64,000 nt of DNA. It comes from a virus. A model generated the notes under the pieces. It was not told the DNA's origin. It saw only the letters and a program-made list of their open reading frames with translations, and searched no databases. Below are positions 1-9,187 of the stretch, one piece after another (position 1 is the stretch's first letter; each line of letters starts with the position of its first letter). A program made the position numbers and the translations under genes. The stretch lies in the IMG/VR virus record IMGVR_UViG_3300025121_000038, positions 16,999-80,998 of that record; one strand, written 5' to 3'.

Positions 1-326
1 CCAAGCTCTAATCTTTCTTGACCATCTATATCATTATTGAGACCGACTCCAAAGTCTCTCCAGAAAGACCCCATTTGGTCCAGCATGCTCCAACAAGATT
101 TGAATACTTTAGGCTTTGCCCAATCTTCTGTGGATCTAATATTTCTAACACAATCTTCAGGCTTTTGAACATCGTACCGTTCTGCAAATCCATCTAAAAT
201 TGCGAGACATTTGTGGACATAATCTCTTTCTGGACTGATTTTGGCTTCTTTATACGGCAGAAGAGTCAAGTAATAGCTGGCTAGAAGGCCTTCAAACTCT
301 TCATATCGAAAGTCTGTATTAGGCAT
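1..326 (-). CDS. hypothetical protein, runs off window edge
   Basis: Open frame from ATG at 326 (MPNTDFRYEEF...) to the window start. Confidence 0.55.
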   Translation of the reverse strand, partial: MPNTDFRYEEFEGLLASYYLTLLPYKEAKISPERDYVHKCLAILDGFAERYDVQKPEDCVRNIRSTEDWAKPKVFKSCWSMLDQMGSFWRDFGVGLNNDIDGQERLEL

Positions 327-350
327 ACATCCGGAATTCATAGGTCCCTC

Positions 351-1009
351 TTACTCATAGATTACAGAAATAAATTTGACGTTATCATTTCTATGAACTT
401 TTTTCCAAGCTTCTACTGCTTTGTAATGTTGATTTTTGTCTTCAAAACAATAACGTTCAAAGCGTTGTTCCCAATATCTATCCTCTTTCTGGAACCAGAA
501 CTTTACTACATAAGATTCCGACAATATGGGAGTATGTGTTTTATGTGTATGTTTCCGTTTCATACAATCTCTTATTCTGGTTTTTATATTAAGATATGAC
601 GATAAAAGGATGGGATAAGTAAGAAACGAAATTAAGTAAGAAGAGACCATTCACAAGGTATGACATTAAGATTGTAATCAATCCTGATAGGACGTATTAG
701 GTCTCCATCATCCATTTCATTAGCAAGAGATCCGCAACCCCAAGCCTCTCCTGGTTTATCTCGTTTATAATAAACCATAGAGAGGAAATCATCCAATCGA
801 GTCTCTATAAAAAACTGACCGTGACGAACGGATGGGGTTAATTTCATTAAGGAGGTAAATTCTTGTATTGGACCGAGACTTGTATATTCTTCTGATCCTT
901 CGTCCCATTCAACTTTGGAATATACTTGCCAGTAATGAGGCCATTCGAGGTCTTCTACGTCAGGGAGAGTAGGTCTAAAAAAAGACATATCCATAAATAT
1001 TGAACACAA
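351..1009 (-). CDS. two hypothetical phage proteins (351-650, 632-1009)
   Basis: Co-oriented minus-strand ORFs in the track; no motif recognised. Confidence 0.55.
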
Positions 1010-1031
1010 AATATAGGATTATAAAAGGGAA

Positions 1032-1334
1032 GAGAAGTCAGGGGAGTTTGCAAGACTCCCAACATCCAACTTAGTAGAATATTTCAGTCACTCATATCAG
1101 ATTATATGTTTGCGCAAACATATAATCGTCATTTATGAGGAGAGCCTTTACCCTCAATGCAGCCGACCCATAGCCTAGTAACGACTGCATATCCGACCCG
1201 ATATAACTGCTCTCATTAGCCTCGTACAATCGGTCTATCGGTACTTTATTCACCCAAGCCATCCGCACCCCTCTTTAAGAGCGAGAGGGTACATTTCCTC
1301 CGGAGTCAGAGGAACATTCTGTCACTGACTTCTC
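1032..1334 (-). ncRNA. candidate structured ncRNA (~300 nt)
   Basis: Ends pair (GAGAAGTCAG/CTGACTTCTC); internal palindrome GATTATATGTTTGCGCAAACATATAATC and further hairpins; no ORF; directly 3' of tRNA-Pro. Confidence 0.5.
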
Positions 1335-1336
1335 CA

Positions 1337-1414
1337 TGGTATGAGTGAGAGGAGTCGAACCTCCATGATGTCCTGTTTCCAAAACAGGCGACTTAGCCAT
1401 TAGTCCACACCCAT
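1337..1414 (-). tRNA. tRNA-Pro(UGG)
   Basis: Cloverleaf; anticodon arm CCTGT-TTTGGAA-ACAGG; CCA encoded. Confidence 0.9.
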
Positions 1415-1491
1415 TGGTCGAGGCGAAAGGAATTGAACCTTCATGATGTCCTGCTTCCGACGCAGGCGACTTACCATTAGTCCACGCCTCG
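1415..1491 (-). tRNA. tRNA-Pro(CGG)
   Basis: Anticodon arm CCTGC-GTCGGAA-GCAGG; CCA. Confidence 0.9.
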
Positions 1492-1511
1492 ATTTTTAGA
1501 TACTTAAAACA

Positions 1512-1587
1512 TGGTGGAGCTGGTCAGGGTCGAACTGACATCCTCTTGATTGCAGGTCAAGTGCTCACCCAATTGAGCTACAGCCCC
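1512..1587 (-). tRNA. tRNA-Ala(UGC), C at position 33
   Basis: GGGGCTG/CAGCTCC acceptor with G3:U70; loop CCTGCAA; CCA. Confidence 0.9.
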
Positions 1588-1593
1588 AATTTA

Positions 1594-1848
1594 TCAATAC
1601 ATCACATACTCTTTAGTAGGGTCACCATTTGGGCGTCTACGTCCACTTTGGGGGTTACGCATCCATCCATCAGGCTCTCCTACCCCATCCCATGCTTCAA
1701 AAACTGCGACCGCAGTCGAATATTCGTCGTATCACCAACTATCATCATAAAACATCTCGGAGCCTATGGCTATACGACCCCTTCCAAAAGTCAAAGGAAA
1801 TACAGATAAAACTTTCCCTGTAGTCAAAACTTTTTGTTTAACAGACAT
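1594..1848 (-). CDS. 84-aa protein with in-frame UGA (codon 39); candidate selenoprotein
   Basis: MSVKQKVLTTGKVLSVFPLTFGRGRIAIGSEMFYDDSW*YDEYSTAVAVFEAWDGVGEPDGWMRNPQSGRRRPNGDPTKEYVMY; hairpin GACTGC-GGTC-GCAGTT begins 15 nt after the UGA; ends TGA TAA. Confidence 0.65.
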
Positions 1849-1931
1849 ATAAGATCCATTGGTAAGGTCTTCAATAAATACTTATCCGTATAAACAAAGA
1901 TCAGGTCAAAAAGTGCGAATGGAATATCTAA

Positions 1932-2701
1932 TCAGGCTAGAAAAATCTGAGCTATCTTGCGAAAATCTGAAAATGACATATGAACATCTTTGATGTCTGG
2001 TCCAGTCTTCTGTAATAGAGTAATTCTGTCGTCTTTTATCAATAAATCTAACGTGTTTGTAAGTTTAGTCTTATGACCTTTCTTCAATAAAGTAGCCACA
2101 GAGTCTAACTCTTGTTCTAATTTTGTTTTCTCTCCAATCAAAGATTCAGATAAAGCTAATGTTTTCATAAGATCCGAGAGTTCGAAATCTTCTATCTCTT
2201 CTGGTAAAAGAACTTTTAATTTGTCATTTATGGGTGTAGATGGAAATGCTACTTTAACAGGTGCTGTAAGATCGCCCTGAGTATATTTAAGTCGTTTACA
2301 ATTGTGGCGCTTTATAGTTTTAGAGTCCCACTCTACCGTTACACCATATGTATCAATACCTATCACCACACCTACAGCCCCCAGAGGGATACCGTATCTT
2401 CTCACAGAATCATTTAAAAGAACAAAATCACCAATCTTGAATTTGTGTATAGGCATCTAAAGACTCCGAAGTGTTAATTGCGATCGGGAACTAACTCATG
2501 AACTATACCACGCCACCCACATGCACATACAGCTCTGTTGTTGTCTACTGCTGTCTGTAGATCTGTAAATATGACACCTTTACAAGTAGTTTCCACATCT
2601 TGAGACCCACATGTTGGACAACACCTATGTATATTGTGATATTGGGTATAAACAGACTCTCTAACAGTCGGCTCTGGTATTGAAGATATTAGTATAATCA
2701 T
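1932..2701 (-). CDS. two hypothetical proteins (1932-2456; 2474-2701 zinc-ribbon-like)
   Basis: ORF track; CPTC...CAC in the second, whose ATG abuts a tRNA CCA. Confidence 0.65.
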
Positions 2702-2775
2702 TGGAGCGGAATAAGGAAATTGAATCCTTAACTACGGCTTGGGAAGACGTCGTGTTACCCTTACACTAATCCCGC
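2702..2775 (-). tRNA. tRNA-Gly(CCC)
   Basis: GCGGGAT acceptor, loop TTCCCAA, U73, CCA. Confidence 0.85.
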
Positions 2776-2831
2776 ATATACTAGCATACTGAACAATATG
2801 AAGGTAAGCAAAATTTGAGATTTAGTCTAAA

Positions 2832-3092
2832 TTAATTTGACGGACCACATTCTAGTTCGTAGTCTATAATGGCTTGTTGTATTCTGGTGAGATTAACGAA
2901 AGAAATTCTACCCATTTGTTCAGAGGATAAAAAAGCAAAAGCTGTGTTAGCAAAACTAGGGGAGATATGTGTTACACACGTAAAATCTAAAATAATACTT
3001 TGGGATCCAGACAGGAACTTTTCTCTAAAGGTCTTACCGCCGTCTCTGCCCGACAGTCTAGATTTAAACTCAGAGGCAATGTCTATAAGCAA
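2832..3092 (-). CDS. STAS-like (DUF4325-type) small protein
   Basis: LSGRDGG...ILDFTCVTHISPSFANTAF pattern. Confidence 0.6.
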   Translation of the reverse strand: MLIDIASEFKSRLSGRDGGKTFREKFLSGSQSIILDFTCVTHISPSFANTAFAFLSSEQMGRISFVNLTRIQQAIIDYELECGPSN

Positions 3093-4600
3093 TTGTACAC
3101 TCCACTTGTTGAGGGGTTAGAGAGCCTATACCTTTCCATCTTGCGGAATTGTCTTCAATTTCTATTAAACCGGAGTCTCTATACGAAGATAAAGTGTCGT
3201 ATAGTAGGTCTCCTAAAGTGTTGTTGGTCCAAAAGATATGTTTATTATCTCGAAACTCTTGAAATTTATCTTCCGAAGAACTAACACCTTGGAAAATACC
3301 TAGAGTAACTCCTAAATAATAAGCAGCTACATCAAGATCTGTCCAATCCGTAAGATATTCTTTAAGTCTTTTCATAATTTTGAACTCAAAACAAAGACCA
3401 TTGTGGTCCCCTCTATAGCCGTGATGTCAACTATTCTCAAAATCTCTTGAGTGTTATCCATAAACTCTACATTCAAAGATTTAACAAACATCGCCTTTTC
3501 AAAAGTATGCTCAAGATGAGTTTTACACCCTAGGTACCACCATGCGTTTGGGTGTTTCTCATCGTTCTCACTCAAAGTTATGTCATCAGAGTTTGTTTTT
3601 AGCAAAACTCGTTTAAGGATATATTTGTCGGGTACCTTTATATCCTCTCTTGCTTCTGCTTCTTCTATATCTATACCTAGAAGGACTTCCATTCTAGAAT
3701 ATAAGTCATCCATAGAGATGAACATTTTCTTATTTAACGCGTCATGAAATTCTGGATCGTTGTATCTAGGTATATTCATGAATCAAACCTTATATCAAAC
3801 ATCTGTCTATGACTATATTCTCTATAATCTTGTATAACAAGATCAAATTTGTGATTGTGTACTATGGGAATATCCGACCAAAATACTTTTAAATATGCTG
3901 GGTTTGACCGTGGATAATCACTTGATACTACACATGCCAATTTTTCTGGCAGATCCTCACACAAATGCCCTTTAACAAAACCAGCAGAAGAAAATATATT
4001 CCATCCTTCATATAAAAGCTCTTCAAAAGAGAATTTCTTGATACCAGAGTAGGAATTTCTAACCTGGATAGAAGCAGCTTTAGACAAATGGATAGTTTGT
4101 GGAGCTATATTAGAATAGACGACATATATGGTCTATGACAAAAGGCGTACACCGGGTAACATAACACGCATCAACAGGTAGAGTAATTATGGTTTTAGAA
4201 TTTCTATGAATCCAAGGACCTATATTAGAAAAATTACTTCCACAATTCATGGAATTGGTACTCTAGAATCACCCCAACCACCGTGTTCTAAGCCACCCAA
4301 TAAGGGTTTTACGGGCCTGCCTAGTTCTATTAGAACCTTTTCTATTTCTTTATATGCTCTATTTCTATTTGGAAGTACTTTCTCAGGTACAGGTAGAGTT
4401 ATAGTCAAAATACCTATCAACACACTAAGGTTGTCTTTAAGGTCAAAGGCATGGTCCGCGAAGATACCACATAAATCATCAGAAATTTTGAACTCCCCTT
4501 TCCGGTGTAAGTCATCTAACTCACCGAACATTATATCCAGAGCACCCTCTATTAGGGGTTCTGCAAGTATTTTGTTATAAAGTTCTTGAGCTTCTGTCAT
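3070..4600 (-). CDS. run of hypothetical proteins (3070-3375, 3372-3779, 3776-4087, 4247-4600)
   Basis: Co-oriented ORFs, several with ATGA overlaps. Confidence 0.6.
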
Positions 4601-4659
4601 AATTTATTCTAAGATTGATATATTATTAGATAACACTATTCAAAATGGATTAGTGTAGA

Positions 4660-4700
4660 ACAAAGAAGGGGATTAGAATTATTCTAATCCCCTTCTTTGT
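4660..4700. terminator. long hairpin, probable terminator
   Basis: 20-bp perfect inverted repeat ACAAAGAAGGGGATTAGAAT-T-ATTCTAATCCCCTTCTTTGT. Confidence 0.7.
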
Positions 4701-5162
4701 GATGAAGTTGCCTGTTCCCATCTCGATCGGCTTTTTGCCAACTTACATGTTAGTAAGTGTAATCAACCTCATCAGACCTTCTGCGTGTCCTAGCACTGGT
4801 TTTATCCAGTTGCAGAATTGCTCTTCCATAATCTGGCACTTAGCAGGCTTATCTATCAGATTGAGCTAGGCTCTCGAAGTCCTAGCACCGAAAGTGCTCC
4901 CATGCTCTTGTGTGGCACGAAAGGTATCAGTTAAGGTATAGGATGAGTTACTCCGTCGGACATTTCTTAGGAAACATACACGGTTAAAATCCGCAGTAAA
5001 CCTAAGCCGTCTTCCCAACCAGTTTTACTCTCAAACTTCTTTTCACAGAAATTTCGCAGTCCTATACTACGGCTTTGACAAGCAGCCCGTCTTTTCCAGG
5101 AGCAACCCTGGTTCTCATCGTGAGTTGTAACGGCTCTCACTAGCTGGAAGCTAACCAGCACG
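4701..5162 (-). ncRNA. candidate large structured ncRNA (~460 nt)
   Basis: GC-richer than flanks, many hairpins (CCAGG-GTTGCT-CCTGG, GCAC-TTTCG-GTGC, ACTTAC-TAACAT-GTAAGT); lies between tRNA-Met and a terminator; no credible ORF. Confidence 0.55.
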
Positions 5163-5163
5163 T

Positions 5164-5242
5164 TGGTAGCGGGGGCTGGATTTGAACACAGCGATCTTTT
5201 GGTTATGAGCCAAATGAGATGACCAAGCTTCTCTACCCCGCT
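5164..5242 (-). tRNA. tRNA-Met(CAU), initiator-like body
   Basis: AGCGGGG/CCCCGCT acceptor, loop CTCATAA, CCA; lacks the three G-C anticodon-stem pairs. Confidence 0.85.
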
Positions 5243-5248
5243 ATATGA

Positions 5249-5331
5249 TTTTCTGAAAGGGATTCGAACCCCTAAGTCTTTCGACCGGACCTTTTATGGG
5301 CCCTTTGTTTACCAATTTCATCATCAGAAAA
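5249..5331 (-). ncRNA. degenerate tRNA-Leu(UAA)-like element
   Basis: Long variable arm, T arm AGGGG-TTCGAAT-CCCTT, A33, AT-rich acceptor, no CCA. Confidence 0.55.
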
Positions 5332-5335
5332 TTGC

Positions 5336-5420
5336 GCCTTGGAGAGGGGTTTTAACCCTCACGCCACGTCTGGCAGAGTATTTATAGTACTCCACGTCTG
5401 TCTTTTCCGTCATCCAAGAC
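5336..5420 (-). ncRNA. degenerate class II tRNA-like element (loop CT-ATA-AA)
   Basis: GTCTTGGA/TCCAAGGC stem, GAGTA-CTATAAA-TACTC arm, long variable arm, aberrant T loop. Confidence 0.5.
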
Positions 5421-5543
5421 TAAAGCCCGCATTTTGTTGGGTGCCAGCCCTTCTCCATGCACTATATAACTGGCATATATAGTGAGTTCAAGCCACTTAC
5501 CATGTGTGCATGGTAGTAATACTATCTACCTCAGGCTCTTTTT

Positions 5544-5646
5544 ATACTCAAGGAAGGGTTCGAACCTTCAACCTAACAAGTGTATTGTTAGGTGCCTTAA
5601 TGACTAAAGCCATTAATTGATATGTTTTACAACATTTCTTGAGTAT
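5544..5646 (-). ncRNA. tRNA-like RNA with 9-bp acceptor and closed anticodon arm
   Basis: ATACTCAAG/CTTGAGTAT; T arm GAAGG-TTCGAAC-CCTTC; 8-bp variable arm. Confidence 0.55.
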
Positions 5647-5734
5647 GTATCAAGTATCAGAGACCAGGGTCAGTCCACCACTGGAACGTCTGAACTAGGA
5701 ATAGAATGAAGTCCATTTGTGTATCCTTTCTGTG

Positions 5735-5953
5735 TTAGTTGTTTAGCTTTTGAAGCTCGCTCTCAGCCCAGTTTTTGAGGCTAGTCCAGTGTCTACACTG
5801 CTCGTCCAGACTATATTCTGAAGGGCCTTCTTCAGATCCGAAAGTATCTTGGCCCAAGTTACAATGGGTCAAACTACTATTTGCAGTAGTAAGCATATGC
5901 TCAAACTCAGTACGACGACTTTCGGTAGATTCTGGTTCACGAGAGCTAAACAT
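5735..5953 (-). CDS. hypothetical protein
   Basis: ORF track. Confidence 0.6.
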   Translation of the reverse strand: MFSSREPESTESRRTEFEHMLTTANSSLTHCNLGQDTFGSEEGPSEYSLDEQCRHWTSLKNWAESELQKLNN

Positions 5954-6028
5954 GGGTTTTACCTTTTGTTAATATTGATGTATTTAGTCTTCTTGCAACA
6001 TATATACAACGATATAATCAAATCAAAA

Positions 6029-7049
6029 TTAAGAGCGTTTCTTAAGTTTTCTATAATCTAAACCGTAATCAAAAGCCCATTTTCTGATCGCATTATCTGA
6101 AACACCGTATTTTAACCCAAGTGCGGGTATAGTATTAAATTTTATATCTTGTTCGAGTACTTTTTGATGGTCTTCCACATCTTCTACGACTTTTTGAAAA
6201 ACATTCTTGAGAACATGTTTTCATAGTGGGTCTTACTTTTAAGACCTGTTTTCCACAAATACATACAAAATATATTTTAGGTTTCAAGTCAACATCTTTC
6301 TTTTCTTGAAGAGATTTTGCTTGAAAAGCATCATATATTATATCGAATTTTTCTGAACATAAATCTTGGAATTCTTCTATGTTTTGAGTATTACTCAATT
6401 GAGTAAGTTGTTTGTACCTAACAAACAAGAGTTTTATATCATTAGATGATAATATCCTTTGTAATTTGTCTAAATCATACGCGGAGAAAAATCCCTTTAC
6501 TTCTACATACAAATCATAATTAGGCAAATAAAAATCGGGAGCATATGTTTTTAATACATCGCTTGATGAAAGGTACTTTAGGTATACTTTTCTAATCCAT
6601 AATATACCTTTAGAGTTAAACCATTCTGCTACTTTTACTTCCCAGGTTCCTCTACATACATATTCTTCTCCTTGTATGTTTTTAATAGTGTACCACTTCA
6701 CATCTTTAAATCCACCTCCACCTTTTTCTTCCAAAAATTTAGATCTTGCTGCGGATATTTTCTCTTTAGCTTCTTTCGACATTATCTTTGTAGGTTGTAG
6801 TTTAGCTTTTTCTGATCTTTTAGCTTTAATAGAAGCAAGATTGGGGTTTAGAGAGCATTTTAAAGTATGTGCCCCCAACCGGACCCAGTCAAAAGATTGA
6901 TGGCAAAATTTACACGAATAAATATTCGAAAGCTGTGCTAGAAATACTTCTCTATGAATGGTTTTGGATTTTTGTGAGTGAGAATTATTATGGCCGCCTA
7001 ATTGGGCCACCGTATCAAAAGTTTTATCGCATTTTGAACATTTATACAT
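6029..7049 (-). CDS. zinc-finger PD-(D/E)XK homing-type endonuclease; C-terminal HTH out of frame
   Basis: C2H2 finger, YAPDFYLP...VEVKG; GVSDNAIRKW continues in another frame (about 6160-6029). Confidence 0.8.
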
Positions 7050-7063
7050 ACCCGTCCTAAAAT

Positions 7064-7096
7064 AAAAAAGGGCTCTGAAATGTTTCAGAGCCCTTT
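7064..7096 (-). terminator. intrinsic terminator
   Basis: AAAGGGCTCTGAAA/TTTCAGAGCCCTTT stem with minus-strand U tract. Confidence 0.8.
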
Positions 7097-7182
7097 GGTC
7101 CGAGTCGCGGGAGTTGAACCCGCATCCAACCAGTTACCTCATTATAATGGACCGCTTATAAGACGGGAAGGTTACACTCGGA
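7096..7182 (-). ncRNA. rearranged tRNA-like RNA with UAU loop and CCA
   Basis: Acceptor and T arm present; no D arm before the CCGT-CTTATAA-GCGG hairpin. Confidence 0.6.
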
Positions 7183-7225
7183 TATTAACTTTTCTAACTG
7201 CAATCTTCTGTACACTATCAAAATC

Positions 7226-7300
7226 TGGTGACCCTAGAGGGGATCGAACCCTGCGTTACCGGATTGAGAATCCAGCGTTCTACCATTAAACTATAGGGCC
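7226..7300 (-). tRNA. tRNA-Glu(CUC)
   Basis: CTGGA-TTCTCAA-TCCGG; CCA. Confidence 0.85.
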
Positions 7301-7315
7301 GTATTTATCTTACTT

Positions 7316-7347
7316 CTATATAACGTTTCTATCTTAAAAAAGTTAAG
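7316..7347 (-). promoter_or_regulatory. putative phage promoter CTWAN-N16/17-CGTTATAT
   Basis: Motif recurs at 6007, 12663, 14530, 52859 and 62937 upstream of minus-strand units. Confidence 0.5.
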
Positions 7348-7687
7348 AGAGAAAAACAAAAATTCGAGAAAAATTTGAGATCGATTGGATTTTAACCAAT
7401 ACCTCGACGATGCCCCCTCGACAACGTGCGAAACTTTTAGGGTTTCTCTAGAGGCTGTCCTGTGAATAATCACCCCGTTCGCATCCTTTTTTACATCGGC
7501 TTTTCATCTATGGATAACCTTTGTTGATTATGTTTCTACCATAGATCCGAAAACTGAGGCAGTGCCCTCTACCTGTACTCTCCACGAGCTACGATCTCAA
7601 AGGATTAAAAAATCACGGTCTCCCTTAGATTGTTATTGCCAAGTCTGGTGGCCAGCCGTGACAATCAACACGTTATATGTGGGTTTT

Positions 7688-7759
7688 TGGTAGGAGAGCA
7701 GGGAATCGGACCCTGTAAACATCCTTATAAGAGACGCGTCTGCAACCAGCAACTCTCCC
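7688..7759 (-). tRNA. compact non-canonical tRNA-Ile(UAU)
   Basis: Small D arm, 6-bp anticodon stem GCGTCT-CTTATAA-GGATGT, 3-nt variable loop, CCA. Confidence 0.65.
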
Positions 7760-7994
7760 ATTATAACTTATCTAGCTCAACATTCCTCTGGGTTCTCCTA
7801 CATACGTATCTATTATAGCGTCCACTTATACGGGATCAACTTAATAGCCCTACCTTATGTAAAAGGTGCAATACCCCTTCTCAGAGCCTTCGTTTAAACT
7901 GCACTTGGTTCTTACTCTAGCTCAATGGCTTAATCCTCCATGTACTCACTAATGTTAGAGTAACGAAAGGTCTTAGCAAAAAGTAAGAGATTTA

Positions 7995-8177
7995 TTAAAA
8001 TCCGTCAAATTCAGGTAAAGCTTTATATTTGTCTTCTTCCATTTCTTCGACATGGATAATTAATTTACTGCTTTGACATAACTCTGTTAACTCTTGAGTT
8101 ACAAATTGTCCTATTGCATCTGCACTGGTATCTATGTAACCACCTTTTTCACTGTCTAAGACTCTATATACAATCAT
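7995..8177 (-). CDS. hypothetical protein (start reassigned to MIVYRV)
   Basis: GAGG Shine-Dalgarno; the longer ORF would run through a tRNA half. Confidence 0.65.
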   Translation of the reverse strand: MIVYRVLDSEKGGYIDTSADAIGQFVTQELTELCQSSKLIIHVEEMEEDKYKALPEFDGF

Positions 8178-8198
8178 TTGTATTGCCTCTTTATGTTT

Positions 8199-8237
8199 TG
8201 GCGGTCCCAGAGAGAATCGAACTCTCGTTTTTTCACG
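8199..8237 (-). pseudogene. 3' half of split tRNA (Asp-type acceptor)
   Basis: CGTGA-AAAAC-GAGAG-TTCGATT-CTCTC-TGGGACC-G-CCA; pairs with 9153-9183. Confidence 0.85.
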
Positions 8238-8305
8238 TTTTATTAATGTTATATAACAAGCAAATTTGACTTCATTTAAAATAAATCGTACATTCATGGA
8301 TAAAC

Positions 8306-9157
8306 ATGCAAAAACAATATATTAAGAGTAGGCGTAAAGATCAAAAAAGAGAGATGCTAACCTACAAAGGTGGATCATGTCAATTATGTAATTACGCGAT
8401 ATGTGCTAGAGCAATGGATTTTCATCACAAAGACCCTACTCAAAAAGACTTCGGAATATGTGGTATGAATAAATCTTGGGAAGAAATTAAGACAGAATTA
8501 GACAAATGTATTTTAGTCTGTAAAAACTGTCACGGAGAAATACACGATGGCCTTCACGACCAATTTAAAATACTCAATGTAAAAGTGCGCTCAAACTATG
8601 CTAATAGAATATATTATTATCGAAAACAATTCAAACACAATTTAGTCCAATACGCGGGTGGGTATTGTGCTATTTGTACTTACAAAAAGAGTTACAGATG
8701 TTTATCTTTTCACCATTTGAACAAATCAACAAAAACATTTGAAATAAATGAAGCTACTCAGAAAACTTTGGAAGAGATAGCAGTAGAACTTGATAAATGT
8801 ATTTTATTATGTCTAAACTGTCACTCTGAGGTACATGACGAAATTTCTGACATAAGCGATGTTAAACCAATAAAAAATCTTGAATATCTCGATATCATAA
8901 AATCTCTCATTCAAAAAGATGAAAAACCATTAATAATAGAAAAATATTATTGTTTAGATTGTAATGTGGAAAAGAAAACATCCGCCGCAAGATGTGTTCC
9001 TTGCAGTCAAAAATACCAAGAGAAAGTGAAATGGCCAGAAATAGAAGAATTGATAGAAATGTTAAAAACAAGTAATAAAGTGTTATTGGCTAAACAACTC
9101 GGTGTTTCAGAAGCTGCTATACGGAAAAGGTTGTCAAAATATATGTTCAATACATGA
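8306..9157 (+). CDS. tandem-domain HNH endonuclease with C-terminal HTH
   Basis: Two CxxC...FHH...CxNCH units; LGVSEAAIRK. Confidence 0.9.
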   Translation: MQKQYIKSRRKDQKREMLTYKGGSCQLCNYAICARAMDFHHKDPTQKDFGICGMNKSWEEIKTELDKCILVCKNCHGEIHDGLHDQFKILNVKVRSNYANRIYYYRKQFKHNLVQYAGGYCAICTYKKSYRCLSFHHLNKSTKTFEINEATQKTLEEIAVELDKCILLCLNCHSEVHDEISDISDVKPIKNLEYLDIIKSLIQKDEKPLIIEKYYCLDCNVEKKTSAARCVPCSQKYQEKVKWPEIEELIEMLKTSNKVLLAKQLGVSEAAIRKRLSKYMFNT

Positions 9158-9183
9158 CGTACTAACCACTGTACGATGGAACC
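9153..9183 (-). pseudogene. 5' half of split tRNA
   Basis: GGTTCCA-TC-GTAC-AGTGGTTA-GTAC-G-TCATG. Confidence 0.85.
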
Positions 9184-9187
9184 CTTT

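Noticed and set aside
5544-5646. tRNA-Sec
   Set aside because: Sec-like proportions but no UCA anticodon, the arm is closed and there is no CCA.
5656-5725. Fourth member of the AUACACA RNA family
   Set aside because: No closing stems; better explained as an SD plus a 19-codon ORF (MDFILFLVQTFQWWTDPGL).
8238-9152. Group I intron in tRNA
   Set aside because: Insert is nearly all antisense ORF, leaving no room for a catalytic core.
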